From Lytechinus pictus (Eukaryota), in the NCBI RefSeq assembly GCF_037042905.1, contig NC_087250.1:27034001-27098000 (forward strand): a DNA stretch of 64,000 nucleotides. Reading direction: 5' to 3'. The position numbers and the translations under genes are program-made. Shown here in pieces: positions 26,450-38,845 of the stretch. The notes under the pieces were generated by a model. That model was not told the DNA's origin. It saw only the letters and a program-made list of their open reading frames with translations, and made no database searches. Within the stretch, counting starts at the first letter, position 1, and each line of letters opens with the position of its first letter.

Positions 26450-27771
26450 TAAGGTACAAATGACTTTGCGCAAGACTGGTAAATGTTCTCAGGTGATGAA
26501 GTCAGCTACATAGGCATCCGTTAACCAAAGAAAGGTTCACCAGTCTGTGTAAAGGCATTCGTCATAACTCACGAAGAGCTTTATGAAACACACAACAGAT
26601 AGATTTTTACATTGACTAATAACAAAACATGCCCAAACCTTTGACTTCCATTATTAAAAGCAACTCTATTTAAAGTTATGTACGTTTACATGTACGGTTT
26701 GAAGGTATGACGAAATGATTATTTACGCGAAAAGAAGGATATAATATTTTAACATCCGTTAATGAGAGCCGCTATAGAAAATTTTATCACGGCAATTATA
26801 GACGATTGTCGAAATAAATAATTGACACTGATTATGCACTTTGAGCACTCCACAAAGTGTATTTGGTGTTTTTTTTTACATTAATTTTATTAATATTATC
26901 ATCATATATTTATGTATATGATATACGTTGAGAAAATATTAATTTTTCAAATGTTTCTTGATTGTATGATTAACGTAAAATAGAGCAGAGAGGTATTATT
27001 GATAATTTTCAAGCAAACCATTATTCTTGTATTGGTGTTATTAAAGAGATTTGAATTTTTCGCTTGCATTGTCGTAGTAATCATTTTGGAAGAAAAGGCA
27101 CTTCATATTAAACAGCATTTGTATAGAAAGTGATAGGAATATAGGATTCTTGACCAAACTTGTAAAGTGTTTTAGTTACTTAAGAAAACTTTTTTTTTAT
27201 TTGACAGTTTTTATTTATATTTCTTGTGTACTGTAAAAGGCAACTATAAAAAAAAAATCTAGCCGCTATGTTCTATTAGGAATCGAATCTTTGACACAAT
27301 AAACACCATCATGGAGCGACTAATAAAGATTTCAACAATTTTATACTCATTACTAGGAATCAAGAACCATTACTGCACATACATTTGAAAGCGTACAGGA
27401 ATTTTCTACAGCCTCTGATTTTTAGTCAGGTTCCCAATGTTTGTTACACACTCTAGTGCAGGGTTGCTCTAGTGTACCCTATAACATGTAGAATAAATAC
27501 TTGATTTGATCTTAGAATGCTATGTTTAAGAACATATTTCTGATATAACCATTGGCCATATCTTATTTATTGTAAAAGTGTAACAAATAAATTCCGATTC
27601 AATTCAATACAACCTGTAGTATTTCTTCCGTTTCAGTTATTACTACACCAACCATTACTGTATGTCCTTACTATACTGTAAGCCACATTAAACTTGTAGT
27701 TGTATAAAATTGGATCGTAATGATATCTAACATTGGGTATTTTATTTGATTTGTGCACTGACCCAGGATGT

Positions 27772-27893
27772 GGAAAATCCCCAATATGTTTTAAACCACA
27801 TTGCACGTCTACTCAGTTGCACACTTAACTCGCCTTCATTCACACAGTGTGCAGAGATTGTTTATAGCTGAAAGAGTATACTTGAACTTATCG
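27772..27893 (+). promoter_or_regulatory. Diverged paralog of the putative first exon, with an upstream NF-kB-like site
   Basis: TTCATTCACACAGTG..CAGAGAT...ACTTGAACTTATCG|GTGAG resembles 14577-14631; GGAAAATCCCC at 27772-27782. Confidence 0.4.
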
Positions 27894-28194
27894 GTGAGCA
27901 TTTAGCTTTGGTAATATATTGTTTGTGAAATTAGTAAAGGACATGACTGATAACTTACATTAAATACAGTTGATCGACTTTACTATAACTTGGCTATGTT
28001 TTGGACATGACTGTGCTTAAAAACAAATGTCATACCAAGTCTTTCTGATAAAATCCCTCGTAATGACGTCATCCCTACAACACATGTAGCTCGTCTAATT
28101 TCTTATTAGCACTGACAAGGACAAAGGTTGCAAAAAAGCAAAGATCCCATGCTTGGGGGATCCTTTTTTTTTACTGATAATGAATGAAATCTCA

Positions 28195-29250
28195 TATCAC
28201 ACTGTACTTTTTTTCCTTAACCCCGGGAAATTGGTGGGGCTAAGGGGGGGGGGGGGGGTCTTAGCCCCACCAATTTCCCGGAGTTAAGCTTAGCCCGCTT
28301 CGTTTTCACACTACGTTTTAGCAAAGTTGGCTGGCACGGTAAATAATACGGTACTATCTGGCCCTGCCAAAATATCAGGGTTAGCCGGTGCTAATTGCGA
28401 TGCTAAGAGATGCAGTGTGAAACGAAAGTGGGCTAAGGAGGAAAAGTGGGGCTAAGCATTAACCAATCACAAAAGTCGAAATTGCACGTTAATCGCGTTC
28501 TGTATGATAAAATCATCAATATTAATGAGCTGTGTGATAGTTCGGGGTGATAACCCCGGCTAAGCAAATAGCATGGGGTTAAGAAAGACAGTGTGAATAA
28601 AAAAAAAATATTATGGGGTTAAGGATAGTACGGGGATAAAGGAAAGGGTTACACTTCCGAATTCCGAAGGTTCGTAATTCCGAAACACGTAAATTGCCTA
28701 TACAGTTGTACCTCGATGTTCGTTAATCCGAAAACGTTAAAGGGTTCGTTAATCCGAACATTTGTGGCATTATTCCGAAGGTTCGTTATTCCGACGGTTC
28801 GATAATCCGAAAACGAAATAAGGTTCAATGTTCCGAAGGTTCGTTAATCCGATAACGAAACAAGGTTCGTTGTTCCGAAGGTGCGTTAATCCGAAAACGA
28901 AATAAGGTTCGTTGTTCCGAAGCTTCGTTAGTCCGACAACGAAATAAGGTTCGTTAACCATTTCATTTTCGGACTAACGAACCTTCGGAATTACGAACCT
29001 CATTTCGTTTTCGGATTAACGAACCTTCGGAATTACGAACCTCACTTCGTTTTCGGACTAACGAACCTACGGAATGACGAACCTCATTTCGTTTTCGGAC
29101 TAACGAACCGTCGGAATTACGAACCTTCGGAAATACGTACCTTTGGAATAACGAACCTTCGAAATATCCGAACCTTCGGAATAACGAAGCTTCGGAATTA
29201 CGAATGTATGCGAAAGGAAAGTATGGGGTTAAAGAAAATGCAGTGTGAAA
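28195..29250. mobile_element. MITE hosting the nested 28647-29212 element (ends approximate)
   Basis: TCACACTGTACTTTTTTTCCTTAACCCC at left is inverted relative to GGGGTTAAAGAAAATGCAGTGTGA at right. Confidence 0.55.
28647..29212. mobile_element. Foldback/Mutator-like element built from inverted arrays of a 42-bp unit
   Basis: TTCCGAAG recurs at 28831, 28873 and 28915; orientation flips near 28960; 9-bp direct repeat AAAGGAAAG at 28638-28646 and 29213-29221. Confidence 0.75.
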
Positions 29251-29579
29251 AACACAATAGAAGGGTAGCAGTGTTTTTGTTCTCATAAATCAAAATAATC
29301 TAATCATTGTAAAGTGAAATATATCACAAGGCATGTCATTTATTGGAATTCATAGCAAATTGAAGAAAATATGAATTTGAACTCCGTAGATTGATCTAGT
29401 TTTGTGAAAATTAAGTAAAAGAAAACATAGCTAGGAGACTTGCCAGGAAAGATTAAGTTTAGGAGATAGAAAAATGGGGATAAAAGAGAGAGAGAATAAA
29501 GAGGAGGGAGATAGCAAGCAAGATTAGAAAGAAGCAGAAAGAGAGAGAGTGTGTGTGCAGAGGGGGGGGGGGGTAGATA

Positions 29580-29745
29580 CACTGTAAAAAATGAAGTTCT
29601 AACTTAACACTTACAGTGCTTGTATAGTGACTGCACTAAGAGTGCTGAATTTCTAGTTAAACTTTAAGCTAGAAAATTAGCACTCGTAGTGCAGTCACTC
29701 TACAAGCACTGTAAGTGCTAAATTAGCACTTCACTTTTTATAGTG
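29580..29745. mobile_element. Short palindromic MITE (CACTGTAAAAA termini, TA flanks)
   Basis: Near-perfect ~166-bp hairpin. Confidence 0.8.
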
Positions 29746-29747
29746 TA

Positions 29748-31475
29748 CAGTGCGTCCCCCAAAAAACTATACACTTTTGAAATGGCTGCCAAAAAAAAAA
29801 TGTAGCACTTTGGGGGAAAAGACTTACATATATGGAAAGCCAATAAAGTCAACTTTCAAATGACACCAAAAAGTTGGAAAACTATTCATACTTGAGCGAG
29901 CACTGTCCACTAAAACAAAGGGTATGAAAATTAGGGTGGGCCGGAATTAGCCTTCCAATTTCTTTCAGGATTTTTTGTTTGGTACTTGCAAAGTTGAGGG
30001 TTATTTGGTGAATTAAAGATCAGTTGTGATCAGTTTGTTGTTTGTGAAAATTAATGTGTTATTAAATTGAAATTTAATACATGAGTGATCATGATTTGCA
30101 CATTTTAGTGCAGCATTGTGTCTTTATCATGTGGATCTCAACAATGTGTTCATGAGAGTCAGGAGAAGAGGGGGGGGGGGGAGGGGTGTATATGACTTAG
30201 GTAGGTGAAGTACGTTGATGGGATAAAGGTCAACAGAACATTTAGCAGCCACTCCCTCCATCTTTACCCCCTCCCCCTCTTCTCTCCTCCTGAGAGACTA
30301 AGCTTGGCTAGGCTGTGTAGGAATTAGCCTTACCAGTTTTTTTTTGAGAGGTTAGTCCTTTGGAACTTACAAAGCTAAGGGTGTTATGCTATTTATGAGT
30401 GAAATAAGTAAATGGTTTCTTAGGCAAATTTCATGGGTTACTAAATTTCAGTATAATGCATGAGTGAACAGGAATTGTAATATTAGTGTAGCATATTCAT
30501 CTTGTGGATCTCAGAAGTGTGTTCGTAAGAGTCAGAGTAATGTGATGGTACATGTTACAAGCAAGAGGGCGAGATATTCTAAGACTTGGTTAAAAATGCA
30601 TTCCTCTTCTTTTTGTCCTTTTACAAATTAAAAGTCATAACCCTCCCCTCTCCACCTCCATTTCCCAGCCCCCCCCCCTCACTCTCTGTCTCACTTCATG
30701 GATTGTAGCCTATTCAAAACTTAGCTGCCAAGTAACCGGTCGCTGATGGTCAGTTTTTTTTTATTGAATGATTACCAAGAAATTTAATGATTATGATGAT
30801 TAATGAAGTAATTTATTGAAAAAAAAACCGAATGTTTGATGCATCACTTTGCACATTAAATGAGTTTATTAACTGATAAATTGTTCATTAAATGATTGAT
30901 AGGAAAAAGTTGATGCCCCAATTCAGAATTAATCATTAAATCAACATTCTGCTATGGACTTCACGCGTTCATGACTATAGCCATCAGTCTCTCAACAGGA
31001 GGGGAGGGCGGGAAAAGGGAAGGGGGGGGGGGGGCTTAATGTTCTGTTGACCCTTATTCCATCAACCTTTTTCTCCCACATGATAAAGTTGAAATGCTGC
31101 CCCAAAAGTGTAATATATGTTCACTCATGCATTAAAGTTCAGTTTAATAATACCAAAAAAAAATTGCTTAAGCAACCAAAACTGGTCACGGTTGATCATA
31201 AATTTATCACAACGCCCTTAACTTTGCAAGTTCGAAAGGATTTGCCTCTCAAAAACTGGCATAAATTGGAAGGCTAATTCCAGCCCACCCTAATTTTCAT
31301 ACCCTTTGTTTCAGTGGGCAGTGCTCGCTCAAGCATGAATAGTTTTCCAACTTTTTGGTGTCATTTGAAAGTTGACTTCATTGGCTTTCTATATATGTAA
31401 AAATTTTCCCCCAAAGTGCTACATTTTTTATTTGGCAGCCATTTCAAAAGTGTATAGTTTTTTTGGGACGCACTG
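29748..31475. mobile_element. Tc1/mariner-type non-autonomous element
   Basis: TA|CAGTGCGTCCC.CAAAAAACTATACACTTTTGAAATGGCTGCC ... GGGACGCACTG|TA; TIRs of ~200 bp or more; no transposase ORF. Confidence 0.88.
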
Positions 31476-32341
31476 TAGATCTCAACGCCCCTACGCTTTG
31501 TGCATAACCAGGGAATGCCAGCACGATTACAAGCTCGTTGGACGGCATGAAATTATGTAATTTCTCTACAAAGGTCAATATTGGGGAAACCCCTTTATTA
31601 ATATGCTTATCCATTCTACATTAAAAGATGGCGCTCTTCCAAACCTTGATTGAACTTTCATTAAATCACTTGATGAAGATGTGGTTCCGGACATTAAATC
31701 ATTTGAAATCAGAAACAATGGGAAGTATACATTGCCTTCATTTAATAACTTCAATAAGCTAAATACAGACTCCCTTTAAACAAAACACTAGAATCACATT
31801 ATATTCGGATTCAAGATTAGTATGATATTGAAATTGAGCATCCTTGCATAGAACAAACATGAATTCGGATGATTTTTTTTTTCAAAAAAAGACATATCTG
31901 CCATATACATGCTACTAACTATCACGTGCATAATGTGTCAAAACATTGTAAAAGAAGATCAAATGAAATATTTCCAAAAATAATTTCGTCTATCACTATT
32001 TTTCAATCGATCATGGCGATTGTGTCCCTGTGTAAAGCACTTCATTTCCATTATATCATTATGGAAATTGAAAAGATGGACATCATTTCTACTCTGCACT
32101 TTGAATGATGAAAGTACTCTAGTTAGCTATATACTTTTTTCATATTTCTATATAAGCAGTATTTACCCTGTATCAATCGTAGATGGTTGTTATATGTTTT
32201 TTAAAATGCGGTATATAAGTCTTGCAATGATGTGAAACCTCTTTGTAGAAAGTTTAATGCGGTATATATATTGATCGCCTGATTTGCTAGGATACCATGT
32301 ATTGCTTTAGATAATCATTGATGTATGATTACTTAACAGCT

Positions 32342-33403
32342 CTAATGTACATTATGTTACATCTTTAATGTACATTATATTACATCTTCAATGTACATTA
32401 GGTTACATCTTTAATGTACATTATGTTACATCTTTAGTGTACATCAATTTACATTTTTAATGTACATTAATTTACATATTTAATGCACATTATGTTACAT
32501 CTTTAATGTACATTATATTACATCTTTAATGTACATTATGTTACATCTTTAATGTACATTATGTTACGTCTTTAATGTACATTATGTTACATATTTAATG
32601 TACATCAATTTACATATTTAATGTACATTATGTTACATCTTTAATGTACATTATGTCACATCTTTAATGTACATTATGTTACATCTTTAATGTACATTAT
32701 GTTACATATTTAATGTACATTACGTTACATTTTATGTACACAAATTTACATATTTAATGTACATTATGTTACATATTTAATGTACATCAATTTACATATT
32801 TAATGTACATTATGTTACATCTTTAATGTACATTATGTTACATCTTTATGTACATAAATTTACATATTTAATATACATTATGTTACATCTTTAATGTACA
32901 TAAAGTTACATTTTTAAAGTACATTAGTTCACATATTTAATGTGCATCAATTTGCATGTTTAATGTACATCAATTTAAAGAATTAATGTACATTATTTAC
33001 ATCTTTAATGTACATTAATTTACATCTTTAATGTAAATCAATTAACATATTCGTGTGGAGGAGCCGTGGTGTAGTGGTTCTGACTCTCGCCTTGTAAACA
33101 GAGGGTCGTGTGTTCGAATCCCACCGCGGTCTAGCGTCCTTTGGCAAGGCGTTAATCCACACTTTGCCACTCTCGACCAAGGTGCTTAATGGGTACCCGG
33201 TAGGATGTGAAAGTCATTGTAGCTTGTCCAGTACTGTGTGCGCCTCACAGGCGACTGACTGGAATACTCCCAGGGAGTGGAGGATGTGTACACATTGTGG
33301 GAATGACTGATTGAATCCGACGACCGGGGTAATAATATATATGTGAAGCGCTTGGACACGTCGTTCCGATGGATTAAGCGCTTTATAAAAGCGGTTATTA
33401 TTA

Positions 33404-33436
<33 letters not shown>

Positions 33437-33640
33437 GTAGTAGTAGTAGTAGTATTATTATATTCAATGTATATCAATATACACTTTTAATGCACATCAG
33501 TTAAGATATTTAATGCATATCAATTTACATCTTTAATGTGCATCAATTTACATTTTTAATTTACATCAAATTACATCTTTAATGTACATCAATTTACATA
33601 TTGGATGAACATTATTTTACATCTTTAATGTACATCATTT
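32342..33640. repeat. 23-bp minisatellite (CTTTAATGTACATTATGTTACAT), interrupted by a SINE
   Basis: Period 23 (32344, 32367, ...); resumes in degenerate form after ~33465. Confidence 0.92.
33057..33460 (+). mobile_element. tRNA-derived SINE with (ATT)n(AGT)n tail
   Basis: A-box TGGTGTAGTGG 33067, B-box GTTCGAATCC 33112, ~280-bp body, simple-repeat tail. Confidence 0.85.
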
Positions 33641-35926
33641 CAAACTAGATTGCCTACTTTATTCATTTCACCATCTCCTTTTATTTTCCATTAGTCATCA
33701 CTAAACACCCCCAAACTAAAGTGTTTTAACCTAAATACTTCAATTTACGAGTCAATAATGAACGTCGTTCCATTGACCTTCCAAAATATGTATGTACTGG
33801 GTGAGTGTTTCTTTTCCGTCTATCTCAAGACATTCATATAATTTATCCGAACCATTTTCATTCATCTTTACTGCACAATGATAGTAAACGAACTTTATGT
33901 AAAGATCTCCAAACTCTGTCTTCTTTTTGTTGGATTAATCTGAGTAATATTTTTCTCTTTAAGGCATCCAAACTTGTCTTTAACCCCCCCCCCTTTACTC
34001 ATCAATGCAAAGCAAGAACAGTCACTAACGTTCATTATAATTACCCTATTAGTAAAAGTTGTTGTTTGAGCTTCTCTTTTAAAGTACATTATCTTTCCCT
34101 TTCATTTATCACACTTTTAAGTACATTTTCTATTTCATCAGAGTTTTCTTTTTCCTATATAGATTACCTAATATTAAAAGTTTACCCGTTCTTTACTCCT
34201 TAATGTTTTATAATCTTATGCCTCTTAATTCTCGTTTAACTACTTTAATTTCTTTAGTTGTTTCAGTTGTCTTTTTGTTATTTCACTGATTTAGTTCAAT
34301 ATAAATACAACAAGTTCTTCTCTTTAATGTCAGCTACTAATGGTCTGAAAAATAAAGGTCTAAAATTTGAACCTCACGAATCATGATAATGTTTTGATAA
34401 ATCTATAAAGAATTCACCCCTGTTGAATACAAAAATGCCATAATTCGCGTGTTATATTGAAAATATGTCATTGCGTGTCAACCCACACTGTTCTATTATG
34501 TTGATAATATGTCATTGCGTGTCAACACAGACTGTCCTATTATGTTGATAATATTTCATTGCGTGTCGACCCAAGGCTGTTCTATTATGTTGATGATAAT
34601 GTACCGGCACCCACTGGAACTGTAACTAACAAGGGAAAATAAAAATAATAAAAAAGGGACAAACTTGGTATGGCAGTTTTTTCATAAAGTTGTTCCGAAG
34701 TTACGAATGGCTTTTCTCAAGACTAGAATATGTTCACAGTTGTTAAAGTCAGCTCCAAGTCATAGGGATCCGTTAACCAAATAAATGTTCACCAGTCTGT
34801 GTAAAGTTATTCGTCATAACTCACGAACAGCTTTATGATACACACAATATATATATTTTCACATTCACATTGACTGATAACAAAAGATTACCAAAACCTT
34901 TGACTTCCATTTCTGAAAGCAGCAGCTTGGTTTATAGTTCGTGTATGTACTGTTTGAAGGTATGACGGAATGATTGTTAGCATGAAAAGAGAAGATAACA
35001 TTCTAACCTCCGTGGATGAGACCCGCTATAGAAAATTGAGTATCTGAATATAAAAACGGTCAAGTCCAATTGAGTTAGATATGGGAAATTGTTCCTTATA
35101 CAATGACTCATCTTGTGTATAAATGATAAATCTGAAATCATCTCTGAAAAGGGGAGAAAGCTGGTTTGAATGTAATAAAAGCCAATGTCTAGGACTTAAT
35201 TGTCCCTCTATTTTCTATTTCAACGGAGTTTTATTTACCCTTGATTACCTACTATTAAACTTTTACACGTTTTTTAACAAGTATATTGTTATCAGCTTCT
35301 TCATTGTTTTGTCATCTTATGCCTCTTTATTCTTGTTTAACTACTTGTAATTTATTTAGTTATTTCAGTTGTTTTTCGTTATTTCACTGATTTAGTTCAA
35401 TATAAATGCAACATGTTTTTCTTTTTAATGTCAGCTACTGATGGTCTGAAATATAAAGGTCGAAAATTTGAACCTCACGAATCATGATAATGTTTCGATA
35501 AATCAATAAAGAATTCACCCCTGTTGAATAGAAAAAAATGCCATAATTCCCCTGTTATATTGAAAATATGTCATTGCGTGTCAACCCACACTGTTCTATT
35601 ATGTTGATAATATTTAATTGCGTGTCAACAAAGACTGTTCTATTATGTTGATAATAATGTACCGGCACCCACTGGAACGGTAACTAATGAGAAAATAATA
35701 GTAAATAGGACAAACTTGAATTGGCAGTTTTTTCATAAAGTTAAAGTTACGAATGGCTTTATTCAAGACTGGTACATGTTCTAATCTGATAAAGTCAGCA
35801 GCATAGGGATCCGTTAACCAAATAAAGGTTCACCAGTCTGTGTAAAGTCATTCGTCATAACTCACAAACAGCTTTATGAAACACCAAACATATAGATTTT
35901 CACATTGACTGATAACAAAAGATCAC

Positions 35927-36926
35927 TGCCAGGAAAGAAATTCAATGCAATTCTAATGTTTCAGTTGAGTTCAAACATGTGTTTAAAATATTTACTTGGT
36001 CCAGGTTATGGTAGGCCTGTAGACAATTGTATATGTACATATGTTTTGAATGTTTCAAAAGCAAGCGTTGGAAACGTTTGATACCCCCCCCCCCCGGTTA
36101 GAGTAAAAGTGTACCAGGTTTATGTCATATTTTGTAAAGGTGTTAACATATTTCTTATTAGGTGAAGCATTTTCATACAGGTATCATAAATAGCAAAAAG
36201 TGCTCTAGCAATGATGAATGTAGGTGTAGAGATGCCCATGAAGTTTTTTGTTATTAAGAATGTGTCGCTTTATGCATTCATCTGTTATTGAAATTCTTTG
36301 AATTACTTTATATAATTTTTACAGTTAGTCCTAGTAACGGTAGGGTATATTATGAGGTTAGTTTTAGTAATTCAGGGAGAACCACCTAAGCTAGAATAAA
36401 CCACATATGTTCGTATAGGCAGTCTAAGTTAGAACTGAGGGACTACGTCGGTGACGAGATAACGACCCCAGCTGCCGCCGGTTCTCCACCGACATGATTG
36501 GTCAAAATTCATGTCTTCATTGGGGGCTCGATCTCGTCCACTAATTCGTTGAAGCCACATCTCTCTGATCTGGGGGTTACTCATCAAGGGGCAACACAGT
36601 CTGCGGAGGCCGAGGCCGAGTGGAAGAGACATCGCTAGCTGCGGAGGCCAGGAACTGGACCGACCACCAGGGCCGAGTGGGGCATGTCAGGCCAGATGAG
36701 ATGATGGGGGCTAGTGTCAACGATTACCGTTAAGTTGTATTTTGTTATATCTATATATATTTTCATGTACAATTATTGTAAACCCAATCAAAAGGAAACC
36801 ACAGAATGACAAAAGAGATTTGATTAAATCTTTTTTAATAGCTGTATTCATCAGTTTTACGTATTCTTTATTTGGTGTCAAGCAGCAGTAAGTAAATACT
36901 TTAAAAAAGTCACTTCCCACGTGACA
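35927..36926. mobile_element. Solo LTR (1000 bp)
   Basis: TG...CA termini, 5-bp TSD ATCAC (35922-35926, 36927-36931); the local duplicate near 34880 is the empty site. Confidence 0.75.
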
Positions 36927-37376
36927 ATCACCAAACCTTTGACCTCCATTATTGAAAGCAGTTTGGTTCATAGTTCGTGTATGTACTGTTTGAAGGTATG
37001 ACAGAATGATTGTTAGCATGAAAAGTGGAGATAATATTCTAACATCCATGGATGAGACCTGCTATAGAAAATTGAATATCTGAATACAAAAACGTCCAAT
37101 AGAGTTAGATATGGGAAATTGTTCCTTATACAATGACTCATCTTGTGTAAAAATGATGAATCTGAAATCATCTCAGAAATGCCTTAAATTAAAGGGTGGG
37201 AAGCTGGTTTGATTGTAATAAAAGCCAATGTCTGGGACTTGGGCTTTTCTTATAAAAAAGGGTTTTTCTTACATTTATATCCAAGCGCCCTCTCTCATTA
37301 CATCAATACTGTACATGCACTAACTGCATTATAAGTTGTTTTTGGTTTGACAGAGATGTTGTGCAATCGTTGTGAC

Positions 37377-37894
37377 CAGAGGCGTCGATCATGGGGGGGG
37401 GGGGGGGGCAGGGGGGGCAACCGCCCCACCAATGAAAATATTGGGGGGGGGGGCAAACATATCGTTTTGCCCCCCCAATAATTCCGCATGTGCAAAAAAT
37501 AAAATAAGATTGTAATGTAACACATAAATCAGCAAGCGAGATTGAGATACACAACTCGTTCTTCATCTAAAATCGTGCTCAAAATGTCCGGTTTTCAGAT
37601 TAGAATATTAAAAATTTTCAGCTCGCGCTTTGCGCTCGCATCATTTCTGTAGCAAAAACCCATACTTTTCATGATTGAATAGGTGAATAGAATGTCCCGT
37701 TTTCAGTTCTATACCTCAAAAGAACTCCCACTTCGATTTGCAATAACCTTTTGTTGGATATATTTCTTGTTCTTTATTAAAAACGTCAATTAAACTTTTT
37801 TTTTTAAGATCAAAATATCAAAATTTTCAGCTCGCGCTTCGCGCTCTCATCTATTATTTTTTTATTTTTTTTTAAATTTAATTTGTTGGTGAGA

Positions 37895-37925
<31 letters not shown>

Positions 37926-37935
37926 GTATATATAT

Positions 37936-37995
<60 letters not shown>

Positions 37996-38304
37996 TTTCC
38001 TCACCTCTGGTCTACCAATGGTTTCGCGCCTCGATCACGGGCGGCTCATCAGGACACTGAAGCTAGTTGGATTTGGTGGGGGCCCTCGGTTGGGGCAATG
38101 GATGCATTTCACGGTCCGGCGGTTCTTTGTTCCTTCTTTTGTGATTTAATATATATATATAATCTATATATATATACATATAGGCGTATGTGTGTGTGTG
38201 TGTGTGTGTGTGTTTGAGTCTGTTTGTTTTGTGTGATCGAGCGCCTTTTGAAAGTTGATTCACGATTTTGCCCCCCCAATCTGAAAAATGGATCGACGCC
38301 CCTG
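37377..38304. mobile_element. hAT-type MITE containing (TG)n/(TA)n tracts
   Basis: CAGAGGCGTCGATC ... GATCGACGCCCCTG; 8-bp TSD GTTGTGAC. Confidence 0.88.
38004..38062 (-). ncRNA. Type I hammerhead ribozyme motif (probably a Penelope-like element remnant)
   Basis: Minus strand: cttcagt GTC CTGATGA G c CGCC cgtgatcga GGCG C GAA ACCA t TGGT A GAC cagagg; core CUGAUGA/GAAA, GUA triplet and stems I-III are all present. Confidence 0.75.
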
Positions 38305-38452
38305 GTTGTGACGGATTAAAAGTATTCATCTGAACCTTAAACCTTTTTTCAATGTTATATTATTTTTATTTTCCCCTTCTTTTGGACATGATGAGATTGA
38401 TGTTTTCAATATTGATCAGATGTAAAGTGGAATCTTGATGTGTTTTGGACCA

Positions 38453-38629
38453 GGTGGGTGTGTATCAAAGCTATTCGTAAGATTAGAGCGACTTTAAGAA
38501 CGACTAGTGATCCTTTCTTTTGGTAAATGGTATACACCATTGGCGATGGTTTAGCGCGTAAGAAAGGTTCACCAGTCGTTCTCAAAGTCGCTCTTGACTT
38601 ACGAACAGCTTTATGAAACGCCCCCCCCC
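38453..38629. mobile_element. Small palindromic MITE
   Basis: AAAGCTATTCGTAAG ... CTTACGAACAGCTTTATGAAAC; related copies at ~25281-26595, ~34670-34845 and ~35720-35886. Confidence 0.7.
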
Positions 38630-38845
38630 ACTGGAATAAAATGTTTAAAAAGTAATGAGTGGAAGATCACTTGCAAATGTCCGTGCTTCTGTGTGTGTGT
38701 GTCAGAGGGTGTGTGAGGGGTGTATGGTTGGGTGTGAGTAAAAAAAATAGCTCCTCAAAAATAACAAAAATAATAATTCCTATGCTAATGTGCGTGTGAG
38801 GAAGTGGGGCATGCAAGGACAGATTAAATATTGATATTTGGACCC

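Noticed and set aside
28647..29212. CRISPR-like regular repeats (42-bp here, 23-bp at 32342)
   Set aside because: Contiguous units without unique spacers, no cas genes, eukaryotic context; explained as a foldback transposon and a minisatellite.
33057..33130. tRNA gene
   Set aside because: A and B boxes are present, but they are followed by a SINE body and simple-repeat tail, with related copies at 24321 and 54453.
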